64,000 nucleotides of DNA from Planctomycetota bacterium (GCA_038227875.1 JBBRPR010000043.1:1-64000); one strand, 5' to 3'. Numbered from the stretch's first letter, positions 9,697-19,895 are shown. Numbers and translations: made by a program. The notes: generated by a model not told the origin, from the letters alone.

Positions 9697-11706
9697 ATGA
9701 AAAGTTTACGTCCGCCCGCCGTGCCGCTGGTCGCCGTCGATCCGTACTTCAGCCTCTGGTCAAGCGGCGATAAGTTGACCGACGAAAAGACGAAGCACTG
9801 GAGCGGCTCAAACGTGCCGATGTGCGGGATCGTGCGCATTGACGGCAAGCCGTTTCGTTTTATCGGCGCGGATCCCGGCCACTTTCCGGCGCTGGAACAG
9901 ACCAGCCTCAACGTGCTGCCGACGCGCACGATCTACACGTTCGCCGGAGCGGGCATCAACCTGACGCTCACGTTTACCACGCCGGCGCTGCCGCACGATC
10001 TGGACATTCTCTCGTGGCCGCTGACCTACGTGAATTTCGAAGCGCAAGCCACCGACGGCAAGGCGCACAGCGTCTCCATCTATTTCGACATCCTGACGGA
10101 AATCGCGACGCTCCACACAGCGCAGAAGGTGCTCTGGTCGCGCGTGAACATCGGCGATTTCACCGCGCTGCGCGTCGGCTCGGCCGATCAGCCGGTGCTG
10201 GAAAAAACACACACGGAACGGATCGACTGGGGCTTCTTTTACCTGGTCTCGCCGTCGGGTCAGAAGTCCGTCTGCATGGCCGCCAACTGCGGCGAAATGC
10301 GCGAGAATTTTGCAACGGCCGGCACGATGCCTGTCTACGACGACCTGCTCACGCCGCGCTCGGTTGCCGCAGGCTGGCCGGCGTTGGCCAGCGCAATCGA
10401 GCTGGGTTCGGTGAGCAAAACGCCGGCGTCGGCGTTTCTGGTGCTCGCGTACGACGACGTCTTTTCGGTGGAACTTTTCCGCCGCCGCCTGCCGGGTTAC
10501 TGGCGCAAGAAGCACGCGGACATCGGCAGCCTGCTGCGCACGGCCGTCGCGGATTACTCGAAGGTGCTTGAGCGCTGCAAAGCGTTCGACGAAGAAATCG
10601 TTGCCGACATGCGCGCCGCCGGAGGCGAACAGTACGCGCGGCTCGGCGCGCTGGTCCATCGGCAGGTCTGCGCGGCCCATAAGCTCGCGGTGGATTTCGA
10701 CGGCTCGGCCAAGCATTTCCCGAAGGAAAATTACAGCGGCGGCTTCATCGCCACCGTCGACGTTCATTATCCGACGTCGCCGTTCTTCTTGCTCTTCAAT
10801 CCCGAACTGCTGAAGGCGCAGCTCACGCCGGTGCTCGATTATTCCGAATCGCCGCACTGGCCCTACCCGTTCGCGCCGCACGACCTTGGCGACTATCCGC
10901 TCGCGAATGGCCAGACGTACGGCGGCACCGATCTGCCGATGAAGTACCAGATGCCCGTCGAAGAGTGCGGCAACATGCTCTTGATGCTCGCGGCGCTGGC
11001 GAAGATCGAAGGCAACGCGCAGTACGTTCAGAAATACTGGCCGCTGATGCAGAAGTGGAGCGGCTACTTGAAGGAGAAGGGACTCGATCCCGATAATCAG
11101 CTCTGTACTGACGACTTCATGGGGCATCTGGCGCACAACGCCAATCTTTCGATCAAAGCGATTCTCGGCATCGCGGCGTACGGGTATCTCTGCAAACTTT
11201 CCGGCAAGGAAGACGAAGCCGCGCAGAATCACGCGCTGGCGAAGGAACTCGCCGGAAAGTGGACGAAGATGGCCGACGACGGCGACCACTTCCGCCTCGC
11301 CTTCGACAAGGAAGGTTCGTGGAGCCAGAAGTACAATCTCGTCTGGGACAAGCTGCTGGGCTTCAACCTCTTCCCGGCCGAAGTCGCGAAGAAGGAAGTC
11401 GCGTTCTATCTCAAGAACCAGCAGCCCTACGGCCTCCCGCTCGACAGCCGCGCGGCGCTCTGCAAAAACGACTGGGCGGTCTGGTCTGCGACGATGGCCG
11501 AATCGCAGGCCGATTTCGAAGCGCTGATCGCGCCGCTCTATAAATTCGCGGACGAAACAAAGAGCCGCGTGGCGCTGACCGACTGCTACTGGTGCGACCG
11601 CGGCGAAATCCGCGCCTTCATCGCGCGCTCGGTGGTCGGCGGGTTCATGATCAAAATGCTGTCGGACGAGAAGCTCTGGAAGAAATGGTCCTCGCGCGCG
11701 AAGTAA
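9697..11706 (+). CDS. Glutaminase A-like protein (DUF5127/DUF4965/DUF1793 family, alpha-barrel)
   Basis: RPPAVPL..VDPYFS.WS, KE..S.G..ATVDV.YP, APHDLG.YP.A.GQ, MPVEECGNM, NQLCTDDF.G, SQKYNLVWDK, ARSVVGG. Confidence 0.88.
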   Translation: MKSLRPPAVPLVAVDPYFSLWSSGDKLTDEKTKHWSGSNVPMCGIVRIDGKPFRFIGADPGHFPALEQTSLNVLPTRTIYTFAGAGINLTLTFTTPALPHDLDILSWPLTYVNFEAQATDGKAHSVSIYFDILTEIATLHTAQKVLWSRVNIGDFTALRVGSADQPVLEKTHTERIDWGFFYLVSPSGQKSVCMAANCGEMRENFATAGTMPVYDDLLTPRSVAAGWPALASAIELGSVSKTPASAFLVLAYDDVFSVELFRRRLPGYWRKKHADIGSLLRTAVADYSKVLERCKAFDEEIVADMRAAGGEQYARLGALVHRQVCAAHKLAVDFDGSAKHFPKENYSGGFIATVDVHYPTSPFFLLFNPELLKAQLTPVLDYSESPHWPYPFAPHDLGDYPLANGQTYGGTDLPMKYQMPVEECGNMLLMLAALAKIEGNAQYVQKYWPLMQKWSGYLKEKGLDPDNQLCTDDFMGHLAHNANLSIKAILGIAAYGYLCKLSGKEDEAAQNHALAKELAGKWTKMADDGDHFRLAFDKEGSWSQKYNLVWDKLLGFNLFPAEVAKKEVAFYLKNQQPYGLPLDSRAALCKNDWAVWSATMAESQADFEALIAPLYKFADETKSRVALTDCYWCDRGEIRAFIARSVVGGFMIKMLSDEKLWKKWSSRAK

Positions 11707-11844
11707 GCGCGCAGTTTTGCAGGCGTCCCGCCTGCAAACACCATGCACGGCGACTGCGAGTCAACATGCTGTCGCATTCCCAATAAATCTCCATAAGATC
11801 ACGGCCTGAAGTGCGGTTCGATTGCCATCTGGCCGGAGAGTGCT

Positions 11845-12849
11845 GTGTCGGAGTTCGTGGGCGTTCCTGACGCGCGGTTTCAACCGTGCATGGATAGTTT
11901 TCTCGGCTCGCTATCCGGCGTGCTGAAAGTGCTCGGCGACGAGAAGGGCATGGACGACCTGTGGGGTCTCTCCGCGCGCGGACTGACCACACAGATCCAC
12001 CGCACGCTCGAACCCGTCGGCCTGCTCGGCGGACAATGGGACAAGTCGCTGGCGAAAATCGTGCGGCGGCTCGGCCACGATTGCATCGCCGGTCTGCGCG
12101 ATCACTTCTATACTGACAAGGATCTCCGCGAACTCCAGTTCGTCTGGATGCGCAACGTCGAGAAGGCGCTCCAGGATGGCCGTCCGGCGATCTGCTTCGG
12201 TCTGCACGGCCCCGCGTTTGGCATCATCAACGGCCTCGATCCCGACACCGAAGAATTTCATGTCAGTACCGTCATGGACGGACGCAACGACGCGCCGATC
12301 AACGTTCAAGATATTGGCTCCAAGAATCCGCCGCTGATCTTCGTCCTGATTCCGACCGGCCCACTGGGCGGCTACGATCCGGACGTCGCGGCGCGTGAGT
12401 CGCTGAAAGAAGCGCTCGACCAGCACCTCGGCCAGGATCGCGACGAGGCCGGGAAGCTCAAGCCCGTGCCGCCGGACATGGTCGTCGGCATGGCCGCTTA
12501 CAATGCGTGGTCGACGGCCGTGGAGCTCGGGCAGATCCAGCCGTTCTGGGGTTTGGCGTACTACGCGGGATATTATGCCGAGGCGCGTTCGGCGGGCGCG
12601 TTCTGGTTGAGAACGCTCGCGGAGACGCCGAGTTTTGAGGCGACGCAGAAGCCGCTCCACGCGGCGGCAGAGCATCTCGAAAACGAAGCGGAAGGACTGG
12701 CGCGGATTCCGCAGCTTTTTCCCATGAATCAGCCGCAGTCTCTTCAGGAGCAGCCACGTCGTACGGAAGCCTCGGCCTGCTTGCGTCTTGCGCGGGCGGA
12801 GCACATTGCGGCGATGGAAGTCCTGATCGAGGCAAAGCTCAACGAGTAA
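11845..12849 (+). CDS. Hypothetical protein (possibly degenerate BtrH/papain-like N-terminus)
   Basis: 334 aa ORF with GGAGA RBS and typical codon usage; no clear catalytic motif. Confidence 0.6.
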   Translation: MSEFVGVPDARFQPCMDSFLGSLSGVLKVLGDEKGMDDLWGLSARGLTTQIHRTLEPVGLLGGQWDKSLAKIVRRLGHDCIAGLRDHFYTDKDLRELQFVWMRNVEKALQDGRPAICFGLHGPAFGIINGLDPDTEEFHVSTVMDGRNDAPINVQDIGSKNPPLIFVLIPTGPLGGYDPDVAARESLKEALDQHLGQDRDEAGKLKPVPPDMVVGMAAYNAWSTAVELGQIQPFWGLAYYAGYYAEARSAGAFWLRTLAETPSFEATQKPLHAAAEHLENEAEGLARIPQLFPMNQPQSLQEQPRRTEASACLRLARAEHIAAMEVLIEAKLNE

Positions 12850-12981
12850 CCATTTTCGTTGTCCTTGCGCACTGATGAGCGGTTAGGAGTAGAGTAGCTC
12901 TTGGCTCTGTCGGTTAGGCCTATAGCTAATGACTCACCGACGGGACTCCCAAGAGCCAAGAGCCAGAAGATTGGAACAGTC

Positions 12982-14070
12982 ATGAAGAACAGTTGGGCAT
13001 ATTGGATCGGTGGCGTGATTGTGCTGGCGGGTGTACTGGCGGGGTTGTTGCGTCATGTGCCGCAGTCGAATACCGGTCCGGGCGCGCGCAATCTGGGAAT
13101 CGCGCCGACGACGAAGGTGCCGGACATCAAAGCGGTCAATAATGTCCCCGTCGTCACCGGATTCAAAGGCGATGTGGAAGACGGCGGCATCCTTCAGAAC
13201 GACGGCACCAAAATTCCCTTCGTGATTGGCGACACGCTGAAGCTCGAAGCCGACACCTTGAACGCGATGGAGTACCGTTGGGTGGTCGACGGCCAGGTGA
13301 TCAAGGATAAGGATCAGGAGTGGAGCAACAAGCCGGACCGCGAGTGGGACGTCACGAGCGGCGGCGACCATGTGTTCACCGTCCAGGTCCGCGGCTCGGA
13401 TCCGACGCAGATGTCGCAGGTCCGCGAGAAAACGGTGAAGACCGAGAAGCTCTTCATCACGTCCTTCGAAGCCAACATCACCGAGGAAGAAGACCGGGCG
13501 CTGGTGGGCTCCGATTACACCGTCGAGGTGTCGATGGCCGATCCGCTGACGGCTGACGCGGACTTCTACCGCTACCGCTATTCGATCAACGAGGAAGTCA
13601 TCAAGCACCCGGAAGACGGTGAAGAGTGGACGACAGAATCGTCGCTGACCTACACCTTCCCGTCGGCAGGAAAGTACTCCTTTAAGGTGGAGGTTCGGCG
13701 CGCAACGGAGAAAAATACGGAAGCCACGGCGACTCTGGCCCAGACCATCGAAGTGGCCGACGCAGTACTGTTGAAATTTGACGCCTACCCGGACAACACT
13801 GCAGCACTGGGTACCACAGTGAATTTGGATTCCTTCCCGACCAGCAGCTTCGGAAAGTCGGAGGTGCGATTTGGGGTGCGTCGAATTGACGCGGCGGACT
13901 TCGATTGGATCCCCGAACAGGACGGCACAGTGTGGGGTGACTCCGAAAGGGACTGGCATCCGACCGAACCCGGTACATATATAGTTCGCGCGGAGATCCG
14001 CGAGCCCGGAAAGCCCGATTGCGACGATCACAGAGAGCTAAAATATACCATAACTGAAGGCGGATTCTGA
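12982..14070 (+). CDS. Membrane-anchored protein with three Ig-like (Y_Y_Y/PKD-like) repeats
   Basis: N-terminal TM; repeated pattern YRW/YRY...W...G.H/Y.F.V.VR. Confidence 0.7.
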   Translation: MKNSWAYWIGGVIVLAGVLAGLLRHVPQSNTGPGARNLGIAPTTKVPDIKAVNNVPVVTGFKGDVEDGGILQNDGTKIPFVIGDTLKLEADTLNAMEYRWVVDGQVIKDKDQEWSNKPDREWDVTSGGDHVFTVQVRGSDPTQMSQVREKTVKTEKLFITSFEANITEEEDRALVGSDYTVEVSMADPLTADADFYRYRYSINEEVIKHPEDGEEWTTESSLTYTFPSAGKYSFKVEVRRATEKNTEATATLAQTIEVADAVLLKFDAYPDNTAALGTTVNLDSFPTSSFGKSEVRFGVRRIDAADFDWIPEQDGTVWGDSERDWHPTEPGTYIVRAEIREPGKPDCDDHRELKYTITEGGF

Positions 14071-14202
14071 CTTTCAGTAATTTATGATAAAGTATCACCT
14101 CCAGTAACCGATACCCTCTAAAGTTCCACAAACTTCGGTGAAAGAAGCGTGGGTTTTGCCGCGCCTTTCGCATGGCCTTTCATTTTTAAGAATGAAATAG
14201 GC

Positions 14203-14230
14203 TTGACGTTGGTTGCAAGGTGCCTAGAGT
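14203..14230 (+). promoter_or_regulatory. Candidate sigma-70 promoter
   Basis: TTGACG-N16-TAGAGT in the AT-rich region upstream of 14373. Confidence 0.35.
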
Positions 14231-14372
14231 GGCGACGTTATTCCATTATAGCTCTCGCAGCCAATTTCAATCTTCTTCCGCTCATTCAGGGAAGAGCTGG
14301 GTTTACCTGACCGTGTCCAGGTGGGCCTTTAAAGTACAAGTGACACACTTTGCTGGTGGGGGAATTTGACGT

Positions 14373-16106
14373 ATGCAAAAACAATACGGATTCGCACGCG
14401 TAGCGTGCATTGCTCTGGTTCTGGCGCTCGCTGGATTTTCATATGCGATTGCGACAGCCGGACGAAGCACCGAAGTAGCCACGGTGGCTGCGCGCACGGT
14501 GTCTTCCAACCTGAATTTCTCCAATCCGTTTGTCGATCCAACTTTGAAGTCGACGCTCGACCGCGACCTGGGTGATGCCGTCATCGGCAGCGCCGTGGTC
14601 CGCCGCGTCACCGCGACCGGCGGCGTGCGTCCGTACTCATTTACCTCGACGTCGGTGAGCACCAACTCGTCGCTGGGCCTCGACAGCAGTGGTCTCTTCC
14701 ACACCCTGCCCGTCACCCCAGCCTCGGGCACGCAGTTGACCACCTACGGTCCGCTGACGGGCACACCAGGCAACTTCCGCTTCAACGTTACGGTCGCCGA
14801 TAACTCGGGCACCAACGTTCCCAAGACCGAACCGTACCGCCTGTCGATTTTCTCCAATTCGACAACGGCGTTCCGCTTCGCCATCACCAGCCTGAGCAAC
14901 GCCACGCAATTCAACGAGTACGCTGACTACATTTCCACGATCAACGGTCATGGACCGCTGAGCTACACGGTGTCGAACGTGACGGCAGGTGGCACTTCCG
15001 CTGCCAGTCTCGAATCCCTCGGCCTGACCATCGGCAAGGACGGCCAGATCTTCGGCATCCCGCTGAAGGCTGGCGCGATCACTTTCACGGTGGTGGCCAA
15101 GGACAGCACCGGCGCGACGGCTTCACCCCGCACGGGTGTGGGTTCCAGCCAGACATTCACGATCAACGTCGCCGGCAACTCGGTGATTCAGGACGTCATT
15201 GTGGTCACCTCACTGACCTGCAGCGGCGATAGCGCCGTCGGCGGCAAGGACAAGATCTCCATCAGCGGCGTCTACAATCCGCTGCTCTTCAGCTCGATCG
15301 GCACGACGATCACGCTGCGCCTCAATGGCTATGTGATCACCGGCACGATCGGATCGCGGGGCAAGATCTCCAACCTGAGCCTGCAGGACTTCGCGGCCCG
15401 GGCCAAGGTTCCGACACTCAAGGGAACGGTTAACGGCAAGGGTCAGTTCAAGCTGCAGGTTTCGAACGAAAGCTTCGGGCGCAGTGGACTGCTCGGTACG
15501 ATCGTTTCGAACGTCAATGCCATGGTTGAAGTGCAGATCGGCACCAAGGTCGACGGCTTCAACGCCGTCTCGCTCAACAACAAGGGCCGCGGCACGAAGT
15601 TTGGACTGGGCTTCAAGCTGGGCCAGGCCAATAAGAAGTCGGGCCCGCTCAATGCCTCCCTCGGCGGTGCGTTTATCCTGACCTCCGTGGCCGGCAAGGA
15701 CGACACGAAGGGCGCCACCGGCGACTCCTTCAAGGTCGGTATTATCGCGGTTCCGCCCAGCGGCATCACCTTCGCTGGCGCAACCAAGGCGACGGTATCG
15801 GTGGGAACATCCTTCACTGATAGCCCGTCGGTCACGTCCAGCAAGGGTATCGTCAAGACGGGCCGCATCGACGCCAAGCAGGCCAACAAGGTCACGCGCC
15901 TGTCGCTCTCCGAAAAGGGCAAGGGTAGCTATCAGACCAGCTTCCTGGCCTCCTCGCAGACGGGCATCAAGCTCTCGTCGGCCGGTACTTCGACTGGCGT
16001 CCCGTACGCGACGGGAATCACGATCAACAGCACCACGCCGTTTGGCGGCGTCGGCTCCCTGTTGATCTTCCCGAAGGGTAAGGGTTACACCAGCGCTCAG
16101 AAGTAA
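14373..16106 (+). CDS. Secreted Ser/Thr/Gly-rich protein with putative Ig domains (surface protein, paralog 1)
   Basis: Signal peptide; ATGGVRPYSF, GLTIGKDGQIFGIPL..G.ITFTV.AKDS (putative Ig); followed by a terminator. Confidence 0.75.
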   Translation: MQKQYGFARVACIALVLALAGFSYAIATAGRSTEVATVAARTVSSNLNFSNPFVDPTLKSTLDRDLGDAVIGSAVVRRVTATGGVRPYSFTSTSVSTNSSLGLDSSGLFHTLPVTPASGTQLTTYGPLTGTPGNFRFNVTVADNSGTNVPKTEPYRLSIFSNSTTAFRFAITSLSNATQFNEYADYISTINGHGPLSYTVSNVTAGGTSAASLESLGLTIGKDGQIFGIPLKAGAITFTVVAKDSTGATASPRTGVGSSQTFTINVAGNSVIQDVIVVTSLTCSGDSAVGGKDKISISGVYNPLLFSSIGTTITLRLNGYVITGTIGSRGKISNLSLQDFAARAKVPTLKGTVNGKGQFKLQVSNESFGRSGLLGTIVSNVNAMVEVQIGTKVDGFNAVSLNNKGRGTKFGLGFKLGQANKKSGPLNASLGGAFILTSVAGKDDTKGATGDSFKVGIIAVPPSGITFAGATKATVSVGTSFTDSPSVTSSKGIVKTGRIDAKQANKVTRLSLSEKGKGSYQTSFLASSQTGIKLSSAGTSTGVPYATGITINSTTPFGGVGSLLIFPKGKGYTSAQK

Positions 16107-16125
16107 GGAAATTTAGTGTCACGAG

Positions 16126-16159
16126 AAAGCCCCGGCGCAACTTGCCGGGGCTTTTTTTT
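16126..16159 (+). terminator. Rho-independent terminator
   Basis: aaagccccggc-gcaactt-gccggggc followed by T8. Confidence 0.9.
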
Positions 16160-16402
16160 GGTGATGACGAATTCAGCTCGTGCAGTATGCTTACGCTATT
16201 CACATCTTGTAAAAGACCGCTTTTCCGTGTAAACGAAAAGGCGTTAATCTTCACAAGTGCTTGGGAAATGGCCAGCTTAAATAGCGCGTGTCACCCCACG
16301 CACTTCAGGTGTCGAAACCAGCAGAAGGGAAACCTACGCTGGATATTCAACACTGAGTTCTGTGTGCGTTCGGTAGTTTGAATCGCTGCGAAAGGAGTTC
16401 GT

Positions 16403-18292
16403 GTGTTACTCGCTAAGAGCCAGACCGTTCGGCGTGCTGTGATCCTGGGGCTGATCCTCGCCGTCGCCGGTTTCTGTTATGCCACCGGTACGAGTTACGC
16501 CACGGCCAGCCGTTCGACCGACGTGCCTGAAGCCGGGCCGCGGCTCGTGGGCAGCTCCAACCTGCGCTTCATGAATCCGCGTCTGCCCACCGGTGAATTC
16601 GATCTCGGTGACGCCACCTACGGATCGATGATCCAGCGTTACGTCACCGCCGCCGGCGGCGTGCGGCCGTACAAGTACGTCTCCCCCGATTTGTTGAGCA
16701 AGCTGGCCAACAATTCCAGCCTGTTCCTCGGGAACTCCGGTTACCTGTTTGGCTCCATCACCTCTAATACCCGTCCGCCGTTGGTCTTTTCCGTTACCCT
16801 GACGGACAGCACCGGTTCCCAGACTCGAAATCAGTCCGTGAACGGTACGTTCCGCATCGGCATTCAGCTCGGTGGTGCGCAGAGCTTCCGCTTCGCGGTC
16901 GACAACATCAACAACGGCCAGAAGGGCCTCAGCTACGCCGGAGCACTCGACACACTCGGCGGAGTGGGTACCGTGACCTACTCGGTGATCCCCAACACCC
17001 TGACCGTCAACGGCACGCCGCGCGGCACCAATGGCGCGCTGGAGACCCTCGGCCTCTCGCTCTCCGCCGACGGCACGATCAGCGGCAAGCCGCTGGAATC
17101 CGGACTCGTCAGCTTCAAGGCACACGCCACGGATACGCTGAAGCGCACCGCCAACGACCGCACCAACACGGTGCCCGACCAGGTTGTTGCGTTCAATATT
17201 GAAGACAACGCCATCGCCTCGACCGATTACACGACGCTCAACTGCACCGTCCGCGGCGACCTGGGCGCCACCAACAAGGACACGATCAAGTTCAACGGCC
17301 TGATCAACATGACCGGCAACGCCATCAACTCGCTGCGCTTCACGACGTTCCAGTTCCGCCTGGGCGCCTACAACGTCACCGGCCGGGTGGACATCAGCGG
17401 CAACGTGGTGAACATCAAGCAGAACACGCTCAAGCTTCCCGACGGCAGCCAGTTCAAGGCGAAGATCGACGCTCACAAGGGCACGCTCTCCGGTTCCTTG
17501 AGCAAAGCCACCGTCGCCAAGCTGCTCAACGGCGCCAGCATCACCGACCGCAGCACGTCGCGCCTGGGCATGCAGTTCGTGCTCTCCAACAACGTCGTTT
17601 GCGCCGATACGCTGGAATTCGCTTCGCGCCGCAAGGGCAACAAGATCGCGCTGGATTACAACATGAGCCGGACGGGCAGACCGCTGGGCGGCACCTTCCA
17701 GATCCTCACTGTTGTCGGCAAGGACGGCACCACGATCAGCGGCACCCGCGGTGACGCCTGGAACGCCAAGTTCCTGATGATTCCGCGCTTCGGCATCGAC
17801 ACCAATCCCGGTCTCGACTCGCTTTCGTCGATCACCGTCCGCATCGGCCAGAACTTCGTCCAGAAGATTCCTGCCAACGCATTCACCAGCAACAAGAGCG
17901 GGAGCATCAGCCTGCTGAAGCCGGCGACCAAGGGCGAACAGGTCGCCAAGTTCAAGCTCGATGGCCGCAAGTTCGTCGGCGAAGTCCAGACGTTCGTGCT
18001 CGGCTCGACGCGCACCTTCATCTCGCCGGCCGTAGACGTGGTCAATCCGGCCTCGCCTGCCGGCAATGGCGCCATCCCGATCAGCAGCTTTGTGACTACC
18101 GGCTTCGATCTGGGAATCGACCTGGCCCGCACCGGCAACAACGCCAGCCTCACCGGCGAATACGGCAAGCTGGTCATCGGCGTGCCCAACCAGAAGGCCT
18201 GGGTCGACAACATCGGCAAGGCCAGCCGCGGCTTCCAGATTCCCGCCGCGCCACAGCCCGTTCCGAACAACAACTTCCGCTTGGATAAGTAA
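16403..18292 (+). CDS. Secreted protein with putative Ig domains (surface protein, paralog 2)
   Basis: GTG start after AAGGAG; signal peptide; shares DLGDA..GS, AGGVRPY, FRFA and LE.LGL..S.DG.I.G.PL motifs with 14373. Confidence 0.75.
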   Translation: MLLAKSQTVRRAVILGLILAVAGFCYATGTSYATASRSTDVPEAGPRLVGSSNLRFMNPRLPTGEFDLGDATYGSMIQRYVTAAGGVRPYKYVSPDLLSKLANNSSLFLGNSGYLFGSITSNTRPPLVFSVTLTDSTGSQTRNQSVNGTFRIGIQLGGAQSFRFAVDNINNGQKGLSYAGALDTLGGVGTVTYSVIPNTLTVNGTPRGTNGALETLGLSLSADGTISGKPLESGLVSFKAHATDTLKRTANDRTNTVPDQVVAFNIEDNAIASTDYTTLNCTVRGDLGATNKDTIKFNGLINMTGNAINSLRFTTFQFRLGAYNVTGRVDISGNVVNIKQNTLKLPDGSQFKAKIDAHKGTLSGSLSKATVAKLLNGASITDRSTSRLGMQFVLSNNVVCADTLEFASRRKGNKIALDYNMSRTGRPLGGTFQILTVVGKDGTTISGTRGDAWNAKFLMIPRFGIDTNPGLDSLSSITVRIGQNFVQKIPANAFTSNKSGSISLLKPATKGEQVAKFKLDGRKFVGEVQTFVLGSTRTFISPAVDVVNPASPAGNGAIPISSFVTTGFDLGIDLARTGNNASLTGEYGKLVIGVPNQKAWVDNIGKASRGFQIPAAPQPVPNNNFRLDK

Positions 18293-18313
18293 GTAAGGAA
18301 GTAATCCTGAAAC

Positions 18314-18345
18314 AAAAACTCCCCGCGCAAGCGGGGAGTTTTTTT
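18314..18345. terminator. Bidirectional rho-independent terminator
   Basis: aaaaactccccgc-gcaa-gcggggagttttttt between convergent genes. Confidence 0.9.
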
Positions 18346-18380
18346 GTTCCTTAGTCCTCAGTCTTCTCAGTCCTCGCCGT

Positions 18381-19850
18381 TCAAGCCTTATTCCACCCCT
18401 TCACGATATTCTCCGTGGTGAGCTGTGCGTAGAGCTCCTCGATCTGCTCGCGGGAATTGGAGACCCGAATGTCGCGCTCCAGGCTGGTCTTCCGGTTGGG
18501 GGAGAAGTCAGTGAAGTGGACCACGAAGCCGGGATAGTTGCTGCCTTCGCCTTCCTTGTTCGTCTTCCACATCACGAATTTGCGAACCATTGTCTGGCCC
18601 TTCAGCACTTTGGTGTAGACCTCGCGCTTCAGGACTTCACTCTTGGGCAGTGAAAGCTTGCGCGCATCGGCTTCCAGCATGCGCACTTCGACCAGGTCGG
18701 AGACCTGCTTGATGCGCAGGTCCGCGGGCTTGACCTGCTTGTCTTCGCGCCGGCGCACGAACTGCGGCGAGATCACGCTGACCAGCGGCAGGCGGCGGAT
18801 CACGTTGTACTTCTTCGCCTTGCTGTCGTAATCGAGGACCATGCGGTCGATCGAACTGCCGCGCGTGGTCTGCGAAATCAGATCCAGGCAGCTCATTTCA
18901 ATCACCCATTCGGGGCGGACCATTTCATACGCGACGTGATCGGGATTGACTTCGGCGTACTCGCTTTCGACCACGGTGTCCTTCAGGTCTGAATAAAACG
19001 AGCGGCGGTCTTCGTCGGAAAAGCCACCGCCGACGCGCGCGAAGAGATGAAACGTCCCGTCGTCGCGCATCAGCGCCACGAGCATGTCGTGGAGCATGCC
19101 TTTGCGTTCGTCGGTCGATTCAGTAAACCCCACGACCACGGCGTCCATGTTGTGCCGCGGTTTGATCTTGAACATGCCGGCCGTGTCGCTGCGCGCGACC
19201 AGGCCTTCGTCGCCGCCGGTCTCGACCCACTGTTCGAATTTCTTCTCGATCTCCGCCGTGGACTTGGCGAAAATCGCTTCGACCGGCGTCACACGCTCGC
19301 CGCCGTCGAAGATCTTCCGGATGCGCTTCCAGGTCTCGGGAAACGCGGAGACGACCGGCTTGTCGTCGGTCTCGAGCAGATCGAAGACCGCGAAGCGCAG
19401 GCTGCCCAGGTCCTCCTTGCTCTCCGGCTGGCGCGCGACGCGGCTGACGTCGTGAACGCGCGCGCGTTTGCCGTCACTGCGCTGCACGTACATTTCACCC
19501 GCGACCAGCGCCGCTTTAACGCCGGCCTTGTTGAGCAGTTCCGCCGCTTCGTTGATGAACGGCAGACCGACGCGGACGGTGCCGCCGGGGTTAACGGTGA
19601 TCGCCTGCTTGCCGTCGTAGACCAGCACCGTGAACTCGCCGTCGACCTTGCGGCTGACGTGGTACTCGCCTTCCGGCAACTTCTTTTTGATGTCGTCCTT
19701 GCCCAGTGCCATCATGCGCGAGCCGGAGAGGCGGCGGTATTCCTGAGCGCGGCGGTGGGAGGTTGGATCGGAAAGCTCCAGCGCGCTGCCGACAGCGTAG
19801 TCGCCGAACTTCGTCTCCAGGCGGCTCTTATTGATGTTCAACGTTACCAT
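18381..19850 (-). CDS. Minimal ATP-dependent DNA ligase (adenylation and OB domains) with a C-terminal WGR-like domain
   Basis: Motif I SRKVDGE, III AGEMYV, IIIa FAVFDLL, IV EGLVAR, V FKIKP, OB-fold VGGGFSD, VI PQFVRRREDK. Confidence 0.85.
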   Translation of the reverse strand: MVTLNINKSRLETKFGDYAVGSALELSDPTSHRRAQEYRRLSGSRMMALGKDDIKKKLPEGEYHVSRKVDGEFTVLVYDGKQAITVNPGGTVRVGLPFINEAAELLNKAGVKAALVAGEMYVQRSDGKRARVHDVSRVARQPESKEDLGSLRFAVFDLLETDDKPVVSAFPETWKRIRKIFDGGERVTPVEAIFAKSTAEIEKKFEQWVETGGDEGLVARSDTAGMFKIKPRHNMDAVVVGFTESTDERKGMLHDMLVALMRDDGTFHLFARVGGGFSDEDRRSFYSDLKDTVVESEYAEVNPDHVAYEMVRPEWVIEMSCLDLISQTTRGSSIDRMVLDYDSKAKKYNVIRRLPLVSVISPQFVRRREDKQVKPADLRIKQVSDLVEVRMLEADARKLSLPKSEVLKREVYTKVLKGQTMVRKFVMWKTNKEGEGSNYPGFVVHFTDFSPNRKTSLERDIRVSNSREQIEELYAQLTTENIVKGWNKA

Positions 19851-19895
19851 GAGAACCTCAGGGGCCAGGGTAAGGGGTCAGAGTGGGAAGTGTGC

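Noticed and set aside
11715..11739. tttgcaggcgtcccgcctgcaaa hairpin as a REP
   Set aside because: Single clear copy in the window; may simply be the terminator of the upstream gene
9808..11748. Long antisense ORF (646 aa), and similar ones at 2205-3932, 19047-21017, 24000-25544, 50570-52282 and 59720-61600
   Set aside because: Shadow frames opposite well-supported genes, expected in high-GC DNA; no motifs
18381..19850. Calling the ligase ligD, ligC or ligB
   Set aside because: No polymerase, phosphoesterase or N-terminal DNA-binding domain, and the motifs deviate, so no symbol is justified
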